Shown here: positions 1 to 14,039 of the stretch, piece by piece
Numbering within the stretch: the first letter of the stretch is position 1
Layout of the letters: each line of letters begins with the position of its first letter
Source: the human T2T-CHM13v2.0 reference genome, Homo sapiens
Length of the DNA stretch: 64,000 nucleotides
NCBI RefSeq assembly: GCF_009914755.1
Contig: NC_060925.1
Direction: 5' to 3' (one strand)
The notes under the pieces: generated by a model
What the model saw: only the letters and a program-made list of their open reading frames with translations
Told to the model about the DNA's origin: nothing
Database searches by the model: none
Made by a program: the position numbers and the translations under genes

Positions 1-1753
1 CAGAGCAGGCCCAGAACTCCAGGAACCCAAATCTCCCAGCACTCCAAGTCAGGAGCTAGGCCAGCAAGGGAGAGAATACACGAAGCTCTAGGTGGCTCTC
101 GAGCACAGATGGAGTGGGGAGCTGTGTATTTACACATGTGCCCCCTCCATGACATACACCCAGGTGGGGGGCAGAGGAGCTCTTCAGGGGTAAGGAAATG
201 TCAGAATCATGCACATTGTGTGTTATGTACAATTATATGTACGTGTCTGTACATGTGGGAGTTGTAGGTGCCCATGCCACGAGGGATGACATGTGCAGCT
301 GGCACACGTGTTCTCAGCAATAGGAACGTCCTACATCCAAATCAGACAAGCAGGCCAGACACAAGTAGGAGCCAACAGAATGAATATTTACCTGAATAAC
401 CACCTTGTGAAACAGCGAGAAGAGACTGAGGGTCTGAGGGGACCACAAGCTCAAGGGTACCACCAGGGCCTTGGAGCTCCAGGAAGGGCATATTAATGGG
501 TTAGGGCTCCCAGAGAAGGAGATAGCTTAACTCAGGTTTCCAAAGCCCTGAAAGAACAGGTGGGCAGCCATGGGCCTCCCTCGCCCTGGGGCTGACTGAG
601 CAGAAGTGTTGGGGGAGGTGCTACAACAGGAAAGACAGAGGCCAGAATCAAAAAGGCCTTCTCATCAATGCAGAGGGATAGGTGGGAGAAGACGGTGAAG
701 ACAGCTCCTAGAAGCTGGCCTTGCACTCTCTGGCTAGACTGGCTGGAAGAAGGAATCCTGGGGCCCTGGGGCCCGGTGCCAATGACCCCACTGCACTCTC
801 CCTCCCCCAGGTCTGGTCAGAAAGACCATCACTGTCTTCAGCATCACAGCAGCAATGGGTGACTCACCCCTTGGCAATGGGCCCAGATTCCTTACAGATG
901 TTGAAATTATCTGCCCCATCCCCCCCAGGGGACCCAGTGAGGGAGAGGAGAGCAAAGCTCACGCACACACAAGCAGAAACACATATGTGCACATACAAGG
1001 GGCAGGCGGCCACACTCACCCTGGGTCCACAATCCCTTTCACCTCAGCTTCTTGGTTTTTCTGCTTTTCCTAGCTGGGTTTGGGTCCTAGGAGTTCTGTT
1101 CCTGCTTGGCGAAGCAGCTGAGCTACTGAGCCCAGAGGGCACCCAGCAAGGCCAGGCAAGTTGCCCGGTCAACTTCCCCTGGCTTTGGGCCCTGGAAAGC
1201 TGCACCCTCTGTCTCATCCAGAGTCTGGGCCTCGGGGTGGGCCTTTTATTAGAGATTCAGGGCCAGCCGTGGAGGAGGAGAAGCACGTGAGCTAGAGGGA
1301 TGGAGTCTCCACCATGAAAAGGATCAGCAGGACTTGGGGTTCTCTGGGGAGGCGGCGTCCTTCTGCAGGGAGAGCTCACTGCCTGTTCCTCCCCACCCCA
1401 CTGGTCCTACCAGCAATGTGTCCACAGGATTGGCTTACGTATTGGGGTGGGAGGTTGTTCTCTTACACACAGAGACACAGGAATACATACGAATGCACAA
1501 AGCCAGTCTGAGAGACAAACACAGAGATGCTCAGAGACATAAACGTACGAAGACACACGCACACACACTCTCCAGCTCACTGCACACAGGCTCAAGGGTG
1601 CCAACACCTCAGATCACCCTGAGCCCAGCCCCTAGACTCTGCTATAACTGCCCACACGACCACACATACATGGTCACATATGTGCAAGGACCCCAGCACC
1701 CCAGGATACCAGTTGCAGGCCTGTGATACTGTGACTCTCCTGTGTCATCTCAC

Positions 1754-1826
1754 CTGTATTTGCCCCATGGCCGAAGGTAGCCCAAAGACCGAGCAGCCAC
1801 AGGCCAGGAGCCCAGGATACCCACAT
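1754..1826 (-). CDS. COL16A1: Collagen XVI alpha-1, first coding exon portion (signal peptide MWVSWAPGLWLLGLWATFGHGANT-G); exon 2 = 1754-1860
   Basis: Minus-strand translation matches the COL16A1 N-terminus as I recall it. Acceptor ttttcag|G at 1860, ATG at 1826, donor CAG|gtgaga at 1754. The next exon was not found in 1-1753, so the gene continues beyond the window start. Confidence 0.95.
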
Positions 1827-3439
1827 CCCGGTCCAAAGAGGTCAGCTACAGCCACAGCACCTGAAAACCACAGAGACCGGGAAGGCGGATTTCTGAGTTC
1901 ACACAGCACAACTCCACACGTGGGCAAGTCGTGGACAGCCTGTGGGGCCCAGGCACTGGTATTGGGGTGGCAGGAGGTCTGGCCAGGCATCAGTCTCTCT
2001 CAGAGGCCCAACCACAGCCCTTGGGCTAGGATTTGAGCAGAGGCGATATTCAAAATATTTAACCACCGGTATGGCACGGATACCAGCTTTCAGGCAAAGC
2101 AGAAAGCTGCCTACTGCACTGAAATAGTGTCCAGGCAGCATCTGGCTGTGCCAGTGGATACTTGCTGGATTGGGAGAGGTCTAGAAGGTCTTAGAAGGCC
2201 AGAGAAGTTGGAATAGTGATGAGGGCTTAAAGAAGAGGCTATTCTTCAAGACACGTGGAAGTATTTCAAGTCTAGCATCTTGTGCACTGTCCTGGTATAT
2301 ATACCAGCCTGATACCTTACTAGCGCACCCAGCTCAGCCCAGGAAGCCCTCCCAGGCACCCACAGGGTCAGGGGCTGGTGACTGGGCTGAGATTGTGGGC
2401 CACAGCCTTCCATAGGGCTGTGTGGGGGCCAAGGAAGCTTTCCCCATAGGTATAGTGGGCAGGAGAGCAGGTCTCTAGGGCTCAGGACCTCATTGCCAGC
2501 CACCCCCGCCCCCAGCTGATGGATGCTTGTCTTTTAGTTTTATTAAACCCTGATGGATGGGCCCAGATAAATCGATGCAGGCTCAGCAAGTGGCCAGCAG
2601 AGCCATACATCGTCTGGCCTCCCCCAGGACAGGCAGCTCACGTGCACAAACACAGAGCCATGCATGTGTCAGCACAGCACATGCAGATGCGCAGGTACAT
2701 GTACATAAGGACACATATGTGGTACCAGTGTGCATACAAAGCTATCTGCACACAGGCATGCTCACGGAAACATATGCTCGCTGATATACCCAGACACACC
2801 AGCTTGCATATACCCACATGCGCACAGCCAGCCTATGACCACTCCTCCTGTAGGTCTTCCTGTTGGGAAGTTCTAATGCAAGTCTGACTGCATTCCTTCC
2901 AACTCTAATGAAATCCAATTTTCCTTCCCTCAATCATGGATAGGAAATGAAAACAGAAAGGACCCCTTACCCCAATATATTTGGAGATAGGACTCCAGCC
3001 CCCTTCTCCCTGGGACAGAACTGTGCCCCCAGCCTGCCTATTCATCCCCCATCCTAGTGATATACACATCCCAGCTCTCAAACCCTATCCTGGTCTTCCT
3101 CCTGCCAGCCAATAGAAGGGCTGCCAGCTGTGGCGCCATGTGGGTGCATGTGGAGGCGTGAGGATGGATGTGATCCTGTCCCCTTCCGGCTCCTAGTCTC
3201 TGGTCGCCACTCCTCAGGCTCCAGCCAGAGTGCAGGGCTGCAAGGACAGAGCCAGAGAAGCTTCCAAGGAGACGGCTCACCCCAACACAGAGGCATAGAT
3301 TTGGGCGCAGGGAGTCAGAACCAGGATGGAGTTTAGAGCTCATCTCGCTCTAGAGAAGACGACCAAGGCCCAGAGAGGGAATGCCACTTTCCTCAGGTCA
3401 CACAGCAAGTCTGGCAGAAAGGGCCTCTCAGCCCAGAGC

Positions 3440-4120
3440 CCTGAGGCCGCCCACTGTATCCCTACTTACCGGTGGCCGGGGATCCCCCCACCTCACTGAG
3501 CAGTCCAGGCAGCAGGCGGAGGAAGCAGAGCCCAGGTTCCTCAGGTCCGCTAGGGGTTCTCTATCTCTCCGTGACGGTCACGGGTCCCCAGCTTCCTGGC
3601 GCTCGAGCTCTCCCGGCTGTCTGCTGCCCGGCGCACGCCTGCCGGGGACTGCCGGCCACTCCGGGTGGGGGAAGAGAGGCGGTTCCAGGGGGCTGGGGGC
3701 CTGCCAGGGACACTAATGGAACACAGCTGGACCGGCCCGCCAGGGAGGAGGAGGAGGAGGGCCTAGAGGGGGCTCCAGCGGCACCAGAGGCGGCTAGACT
3801 GCGGGGTGCACAGCCCCGCCCCGGGTCTGGCCGAGCTCCCAGGCCCGCCCCTCCTGCCTCACCGCCAGGTGAGCGATCCTCGAGCTAGGCGGGACCCTAC
3901 GTGCCCAGAGCTGCCCTGGAAGGGGGCTCCTGCGGGCCCTTTAAGAGTCAGGCCTGGAGTTTGAAGAGCTCCCCCTTTCCATGTCCCTGGCTGGGCCCCC
4001 AGAAGGCTGCGGGGTGGGGGGGCGGGGAGGGGACAGGGGTGGAGGGAGCAGGGTAGAGACCCTCCTCCCAAGTGCGTGGCACCCATGATGTGGCTGCCGC
4101 CCAAGCCTCGGTGGTCAGCT
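3440..4120 (-). promoter_or_regulatory. COL16A1: COL16A1 CpG-island promoter with Sp1 GC boxes
   Basis: High CpG density; CCCCGCCCC near 3814 and CCCGCCCC near 3844; GGGGCGGGG near 4018. Confidence 0.75.
3470..3800 (-). other. COL16A1: COL16A1 non-coding exon 1 (TSS approximate)
   Basis: Consensus donor CCG|gtaagt at 3470 within a CpG-rich stretch; no ATG in the exon; GC boxes immediately upstream. Confidence 0.8.
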
Positions 4121-5609
4121 TTTTCCAATTCCTCTGCCTAACATTCCCAGTCAGTCTGTCCCTAGGTCTGTCTGTACTGGGAGGAGGAGGGTGGGAACCC
4201 CCTCCCTCCTCCGTGCTAAATTAACCCCCTCTGCTCTGGCCTGACTCCCAGAGAAGTGAGACTGAGGGAGTCCCCTTATTCCTCCTTACTCCATGAGGTT
4301 GGAAGGGCTCAAATCCCTGGCCCCTGCTCTGGCTTTGCGGTTCCAAATGTGCTGTGTAACCATACTCCGTTTTCTCATCTGGAAGATGGGATCGTGAGAG
4401 TATATGCCTCATAGACCTTTGCTGTAAGCAGGAAATGGGCCAAAGGCTGTAAGCGCTTAGCACACGGTCTGGCACATGAGAGGAGCTCAGTAAATATTTG
4501 CTGCTATTATCGTTATTACTGTGATCCCTGGCAGGGGACGGGACTGGATTTCAAGCCTTTACACCAGCACTGGGGAGGGACCTGCTTTATATTCACGGTC
4601 CAAGGACGCAAGAGGAATTGAGCTGGGCTGAAAGATTGGAGCTCTGAGGAGGAAGGAGCCGGTAATGTTCCGAGTTCTGCCCAGAGGCAGGGCCGTTGAC
4701 CAAGGTGGAATCCCCACCAAGGGTCTCCTCCCGCTGTAGACCGAAAGCAAATTTATTGGCACCAAGGCTGAGGATCCACAAAGTAGGTTCAAGAGGCCAT
4801 GAGATGCTGGGCTGAAGAGGGAGAAACTGAGCGTCCCCAGTTGAGGGGGGCTCTGGGGGCTCTGTGGAAGCAACGCGCCTAGCCCTGTGGCCTCGGCTAA
4901 CCCGGGGTAGGGGGAGGTTGTAGGGGCAGGCCTGGGATTTCCCGCCTCCAGACCCAGAGGCGCTGAGTCAGCGGAAACCCCAACCACGCCACAGAGGCGC
5001 CCCACTGTGGTCCCAGTGAGGAGCTGGCCCCAGATGTGGCTGTGGCAGTGGTGGGGCCTGGGAAGTGCTGAGCTCAGCAGGCGGGAAGCGGAGGGGGTGG
5101 GGCCTTCTGAGCACTCTGGCCTGCGGGGTGGGTGGGCACAGGCCCCGCCTGCCCTACCAGAGGGTGCTGCCCCAGCAGTGGGCACTCGGGAGAGGTGGGA
5201 AGCGCATATAGGTCAGGCTCTGTGCTGAGAACTTCACATATGCTAACTCCTTCGATCTTTACAACAACGCCTTAAGGCAGAATTCCATTTTTATTCCCAA
5301 ACCTGCAGCACAGGAAAAACACAACTTGCCCGGGATCCCACAGCTAGTCAGTGGTGGAGCAGAACTCATGTCCAGCCAGCCTAGACTCAGCACGTGCTCT
5401 TAACCACCATGCCATCCTGACAGCTCCCACCCGTGCCCCAGACAGGGCAGGTGGCTGGGCCAGGGATGGAGGAACCTGAGAAGGGAGAGCCAGATGCCTT
5501 CCCACAGCACCCCAAGGGTGCTCACAGGAACAGCCAAGCCTGGGACACACCTTACGCCTAGAAACACTATCATAGACAGTCTAGGAATGTGCCCATGCCC
5601 CTTCCTCCC

Positions 5610-6150
5610 TTCCACACATACGTGCACACATCCAGAAACACGCAGTCAGGTAAAGTTCTAGCACAGCACTTGAGTACGCAGACTCCATATGCATGTATAG
5701 GCACTCATGTTCACACAGACACACCCTGGCCCTAGAAACAGTTACACACAGATGTGTAGAGACTCAAGATACGCCTCCACATCAAAGATACACAGAAACA
5801 CATGTAAGAGCCCAGATTACCCCACAGAAATATATCCCTGGACATATCCAAACACAGGTACATAATTCTCAGAATGCCTGCATACAGCACTGTATATACT
5901 CGAATGTGCACACACAGACACATGCCTGTACACATAGACATGTGTGCACATAAACATACATGTGACCACAGGCATAATTACTCAGATATGCAAGCAGAGA
6001 AGCCTGCAGACCTGCAGCACATACATGTGTGCACACAGACATAGATGGCCACACAGACTCGGCTCCCAGAGAAACAGCCACTGGGACATGCACACACTGA
6101 CACATGTACACACATGCATACATGCAGCTGTGCTGACACTTTTACATGCA
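5610..6150. repeat. Degenerate CA/CATG-rich low-complexity tract (similar tracts at ~190-310, 1465-1690, 2640-2830)
   Basis: Alternating purine-pyrimidine acacat/gcacac-rich sequence. Confidence 0.7.
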
Positions 6151-6813
6151 GTCAGTGCCAGAAAGCCCTGCACGCCAGCAACCCGGGTATCCCGTGAGGC
6201 TGGGCTCAGCGCCCTCACCCCAGATGGCATCACCACGAGGTAATCAATGCTGCTAATCACCACCAGCTGCCCTGGAGCCTGCATGCTGCTGCTGCATGGG
6301 GCTACCAAGGCCTTCTGGACCTGGGGTAGTATGCCCAGATGTTGGCAGTGCCCAAGGGCCCTCCGCCCCCCACTGGGGAATCCCTGTCTGGCAGGGGCAG
6401 CCCCTGGGGCTGGGGCAGGTTGAAGAGCCAACCCAGGGCCTGGTCCCAGGACAGGTCCGGGAGCCCCCACGCGTTCAAGCAGAGATGGTGTAAAGTTCTG
6501 AGGCTTGAACAGTGGACCAGAACCCCCACATGTACACGTGCACACCTGGGCCCTGGCATATGCGCATACGGGCTCACACGCAGACACATCACACATGATT
6601 GATTACTCTTCACAGATATGCCCTTCCTGACTTCCTCATCCCTTTAAATGCCACGATAATTCATTCTGATGCTCAGGTAAAAACCTGAAAACCTTGGCTC
6701 CTTTCTTTTCCCTACCACCCCCATCCAATCCTGTCAGTTCTACCCCCCAAATACAGCCCACGTCCATCCACTCCTCCCCACCTCCACAGCTGCAACCCTC
6801 ACCCAGACCATGA

Positions 6814-7351
<538 letters not shown>

Positions 7352-7730
7352 AGTAAGACCTTTTCAAACCCATATCAGCTGGCTTCACTCTGTTGCATCC
7401 ATCTTCCTAGAATAAAGCCCCAAATCTTTCCCTTGGTCTTGCCAAGTCCTTCATGATCTCGCCTCTGTCTTCCTGTCCAGCCACCTCACCGCAAAAGCTG
7501 TAGCCACCCACTCACTTCCTTTCTCAGCCCTGAATTCACTAAGTTCACTTTCCCCTCAGCCCTTGTGCACCAACTCTTCCCTCTGCTGGCGAGGATTTGC
7601 CCCTCGTCTTTGCCAGGCTGGCTTTTTGATATCCAGGTCTCACCTCCTAAGTCAACTCCTCAGAGTGGCCTTCCCTGACCACTAGATATGAGGAGCCCCT
7701 AGTTGCTCCCCATCACATGATCCTGTTTTG

Positions 7731-8060
7731 GGGTTTGTTTGGTTGGTTGGTTGGTTTGGTTTGTTTGTTTTTTTTTGAGACAGGGTCTCATTCTGTCACC
7801 CAGGCTGGAGTGCAGTGGTGTGATCATAGCTCACTGCAGCCTTGAATTCCTAGGTTCAGGTGATCCTCCCTCCTCAGCCTCCTGAGTAGCCAGGACTACA
7901 GGCTGGCGCCACCACTCCTGGCTATTTTAAAAATGTTTTTGTAGAGGCAGGGTCTTGCTATGTTGCCTAGGCTGGTCTTGAATTCCTGGCCTCAAGTGAT
8001 CCTTCTGCCTCCGTCTCCCAAAGAGCTGATATTACAGGCGTGAGTCACTGTGCCCAGCCC
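7731..8060 (-). mobile_element. AluJ-like element with (TTGG/TTTG)n tail
   Basis: Alu consensus blocks (gagacagggtctc...gtgatcctccc...attacaggcgtgag); degenerate TSD ga(t/c)cctgtttt. Confidence 0.88.
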
Positions 8061-8374
8061 GACCCTGTTTTAAATCTCTACATAGCTCTGGTATTTGTTT
8101 GTTTGTTGTCTTTCTCCACTAATAAGCACGAAAGCTCCATGAGCGTCCCTGTCCACCGTTAATACCGTCCTTCAGCTGAGCCTGGCATCCTGCAGGCACC
8201 CACTATTGAATGAGTGGCTAAATGCATGCAAGCAGTGTCCAAGCACACAGACACAGCCTTGCACCGCAGGAGGTATGGCATAAGCACACATGAGTATGCA
8301 CGTGCGCTCTCATATGCAGACACAGTTGCAGCTTCGGGGTCACAGAGGAGAGACTGAGACCAGAGGATCAGGGC

Positions 8375-8830
8375 TCTCTCTGGCTGCTTTGGTTTCTCTG
8401 AGTGTGTCTCTCACTGTCTCTGTCCTCTGTCTGTGTGAAATCTCTGTGGCTCTTTCTTCCTTCTCAGCAAGTCTGTCCCCGTCTCCAGCTCTCTCTTTCG
8501 TAGGTCCCTCTGTTTTCCTCTGTGTTTGGGATCCTGTGTATCTAACTTGGCGTCTCTATGTCTCTGTGTCTCTGGTCTCTTTTTCTCACACTTTCCGCAT
8601 CTTTACGTTCCTGTCTTCTGTCTCTGTTTGTCTCTGTCTTCCCCGTCACTATCTCTCTGCGCATTTGTATCTCTCTTCACCCTGTCTCTGTCTCTCCTCA
8701 CCCTGTCTCTGTCTCTCCGTGTGTGTCTCATTCATTCTCCATCTGCTCGTCTCTGTTTCTGGGTCTGGTCTCCATCTTGCTGGCTCTAGATCTCTGCCTC
8801 TCTGTCTTTCATTCTTCCTCCCTCTTGTCC
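8375..8830. repeat. CT/TCTG-rich low-complexity tract
   Basis: Pyrimidine-rich tctctgtc iterations. Confidence 0.8.
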
Positions 8831-9397
8831 TAAATCAGCTCGGCCACCACGTCTTCACGGCTGTCTGCGTCCCTGTGGCAGGGAGACCCATCTTTCACTT
8901 CTGACTGGCAGCTTTATGGTCATAGTGGGAAGGCCAGTGCTCCTCTCCGATAATGCCCCATCTCCCCTACGGGGCCGTGGCAAACTCCTCACTGAGACCT
9001 GGGTCCTGGCAACCTTCCCCAGCCACCAGGCCCAGCCAGGGCATCTTACTTCAAGCAGCTCATGTTACCAGACACCTGCTTGGTTTGACTACCCCAGAGC
9101 TGCAAGAGAGGTGAGCCCAGATCCTGATGGACACTGCTGTGGATGTGGCAATGGCCAGGGAAGGTGGACACGGGATACCAGACACTCCAGGTATCCTGGG
9201 CCCCAGCTTGGCTGCCCCTGGACTCTGCCCACCTGTTTTGAATGACTCACAGAGAGTTGTGGCAGGCACAAAAGACCTGGATTCCAGTCTTACCTCTAGC
9301 CACTGTGTGGCCCTGGACCCTGGTCCCCATGTGTCATACAATCCCAGTTTAAGCTACCTAGCCTGGTGTGTTATGGCATCTAAAAGAAACAGGCCTA

Positions 9398-9716
<319 letters not shown>

Positions 9717-9727
9717 TTATTCTACCC

Positions 9728-9941
9728 CAGTGGTTCTCCACAGGGGGCAACTTTGCTCCCAGGGGACATTTAGCAATGTTTGGAGACATTTCTGATTGTC
9801 ATAATGGGGGAGGGGTTGCCACTGGCATCTGGAGGACAGGGGCCAATGATGTGCCTACCATCCTACAGTGCCCAGGACAGCCCCTCACAATCCGAATTAT
9901 CTGGCCCCAAATGTCAGTAGTGCTGAAGGAGAGAAATCCTG
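9728..9941 (+). mobile_element. MER20-like hAT-Charlie DNA transposon
   Basis: Terminal inverted repeats cagtggttctc...gagaaatcctg; internal ggggacatttagcaatgtttggagacatt and ggccccaaatgtcagtagtgctga typical of MER20. Confidence 0.8.
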
Positions 9942-9946
9942 TTCTG

Positions 9947-10249
<303 letters not shown>

Positions 10250-10359
10250 TTAAAGCTGGAAAGTCAGGTGGGCCAGAGATTGGAACTTGACTCTGCCTAA
10301 CACCAGGGCCCATGAGTTTACTCAGGTCACCTGCAGTCCCCCAAGTTCTGTAAAGCAGG

Positions 10360-10508
10360 AGGGTAGGCGTTCTCAAGCTTGGAGGACTTGTTAAACACAG
10401 GTTGGCAGGCCCCACTCTCAGAGTTTCTGATTCAGTAGTTTGCATTCCTAACAAGTTCCCAGGTGATGCTGATGTTGTGGACCCAGGGACCACATTTGAG
10501 AACCCCTG
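10360..10508. mobile_element. MER5A-like DNA transposon fragment
   Basis: cagagtttctgattcagtag...tgcattcctaacaagttcccaggtgatgctgatg...ggaccacatttgagaacccctg. Confidence 0.75.
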
Positions 10509-11197
10509 CGGGAGAGTATGATGTTTGATTATCTGCATGTGGGTTCAAATCCAGCCCTTACTGAGTCTATGACTTGGGGATATCACTTAACCTCTTCCTC
10601 TGCAAGCAGAGATAACAGCAGTGCCTATCACGTAGGGTTGCTGGAAGGATTAAGGGAGATAGTGACAAAGAGAAAGCCCCTCACGGGATGCTGGCACCTA
10701 GTAAACTCTCAGAAGTGCTCACCAGCGTTAGGATTCCCAACCCAGGCAATGCTCCCCCTTTCCAAACAGAAGAAGCTCCCAGTGAGCAGAGAACTAAAAC
10801 AGCCTCTTCTCCTGCCTATCAGATATCTCTCCAGGCCTAGTAAGAGCAAGGCACAAGATGCCAAATGACATAAGCCCAGGCGGGACAGTGGGATGTTGCT
10901 CACGTCTGCCTAGGTATTCCCAGGGACTCCTGCCCCATAGCACAGGTTCTCCTGGAGCAGAGGTGAGGGTGGCACATAGTCAGCAGTGAGAACCCCCAGA
11001 CTGGTGTGGCCCCCAGACTTCCTCCAGACCCAATCCCACACCTAATGACCCTAGCCTTTTGGGGTAAGAATGGCATAGCTTGCCACCACCACACCTTATC
11101 CAAACATCCCTTTGGCCACCAACCAACACAACTCAATCCTGCTGTGCTGTGTGACCTTGAGCTAAACCCTAAGCTCCTCTGAGCCTTACTTTCTTCA

Positions 11198-11519
<322 letters not shown>

Positions 11520-11529
11520 TGCAAATAAG

Positions 11530-11785
11530 ACCTCAGCATAGTGGCTAAAGGAAGGGGCAAGGGGACTCTAGTTCCAGGGTAACTGGGTTCAAATCCTGCC
11601 TGTACCACTTACTAGCTGTGTGACTTTTGACAAACTACCCCATCTTCCTGGAGTAAGCCTCAGTTTTCTCGTTGGTGAAACAGAATTGTCCCTACCTCAC
11701 AAGGATGCTGTGAGGGTTACCTGTGACAGGACATTTAAAGTGATGAGCTTGGTTCCTGGAACTCAATGAACACCAGCTATTCTAG
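11530..11785 (+). mobile_element. MIR (other MIR relics at ~4320-4520, 10510-10720, 12510-12710, 26080-26470, 33830-34050, 48450-48660, 51530-51780, 56550-56770, 61490-61700)
   Basis: MIR core gggttcaaatcctgcc...tagctgtgtgac...gcctcagttttctc. Confidence 0.65.
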
Positions 11786-13297
11786 ATGTACAATGAGAGT
11801 GTGTAACCCTCATTGCCACCACAAAGAGAGTATGTAATCTTCACCACCACAACACACGCAGTCCCTTGGCGGGCTTCCCTCCCCTCAATGTTTAGCTTTG
11901 AGGCTATGTTCACTTTCCTTCCCACTTGGAGGTGGGGAAGGAAATTGGAAACAGGCCCCAGGGCGGGTAGATCTCGGCAGAAGCTTGGAGGAGGGAGGAG
12001 GATCATCAATTATTAGCCATTGATTTGCTTGAACGTCTTTGTGTCCTGCTAAACCAGAAGTCACAAAAGGAGCTGCTTTTGTTACCATTTCTCCCTAGAG
12101 CCTGTGACAGAGACTAGGTGTTTTAAAAATAGTTGCTGCATGAATGAAAGAGGGGGTCGAGCGCCTTCTGAGGACAAACTCCCCTCCATGAAGTACAAAC
12201 CAAGGAGTCTCCTGGCGGATGCTTGGTGATGAGGGGAGTATTGAAGGACTCCCAGATTCTTTCTTCGCATGCAAGAAACTCAGACAGTTGGTCTCATAAA
12301 TTCTTCGAATCCTGGAATCTCTGGGTGGAGAGAAGCTCTGGCAGCTGCCCAGCTCCTCCTCCTCCCAGCAGTGCCTGGGCTGGGGCTGGGCAGGAGAGGC
12401 CTGGTGACCTGGCTAGAAAGAAGGCTAAGGGAGTGAGCAGGGGAAGGGAAAGTTCAGGGAGAAACCCCAACTGTTTCACCAAAGCAGAAAATAAATCAGA
12501 GATCAAGAAAGGGTGTGATCCTGGCTCTGCTACTTCCTGGCTTTATTATCTTAGGCAAATTCCTTCACCTCTGTGAGGCATACTTTCCATATCTGTAGAA
12601 GGGGGGTGATAGTAATAACACTAACCACATGGAATTGTGAGGATTCAATGAGATAATGCATGAGACTACGCCAAGCCCATAGTAAACATTCAACAATGCT
12701 CATTCTTATGTACCTTATTTTTATTTGAGCAGACTCTTGTCCTGCATCTTACACCCATGTTCATCTCTGACATTTCCTCCTGATCCCCCATTTTATTATT
12801 TACATAGCTGGTTTCATGTAGCTTTAAGAGCTCAGTGACATTTCTGACAGACATAAGACCTTTTTCCATGAAGTGGCCTAAATGATAATATGTAAAGACC
12901 GAAAACCAACTGGAGTATTTGTTTGTCAGCCTTGACCATTCAGAAAAGGCCTGACACTGGTGTGTTCGAACGAAAGAGGACAGGTGATGGGAGAGTGGGA
13001 GAAAGAGCCTGGGACTGGGGGATTGGCAGACTGGGGGCCTAGGTTCAAGGCCGAGGTCTGCCTTGATGCATTGTTTGGCTTTAGGAGGCTTCTTGCCTTT
13101 GGGAAACTAGGGAAGGCTGAACTTGGAGACTCTTGAGCCCACTCCATTCCTCCCAAGTCTGAGGGTCTTAAGCCTGTAATGAGCCAAATATGTCCCCTCC
13201 TTGAGATGGGGAAGGGGAATGGGAGTGGGGTGAAGTGAGCCAGACCTGTGTGAGGGCCAGGGTACCACCCTCCCGCTCACCCCCAATTCAGGCCTCA

Positions 13298-13852
<555 letters not shown>

Positions 13853-14039
13853 TCATTCCCAATTGACAGGGGAATGGGCCATAAACCTGGGTGTCATCCT
13901 CGGGTGGAGCACCTACAGTAGGAAACAGGCCCTAGGAAGTGGAGTGAAATCCAGAGCTGTCACAGGGCACTCTACTGTGCCATGGGCCTCTTCCTCTCTT
14001 TGGAACTCGGTTTTCTCATCTATGGAATAGCAGTGTTTG

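Noticed and set aside
8290-8904. 204-aa Leu/Ser/Val/Cys-rich ORF resembling a membrane protein
   Set aside because: Translation of a CT-rich low-complexity tract.
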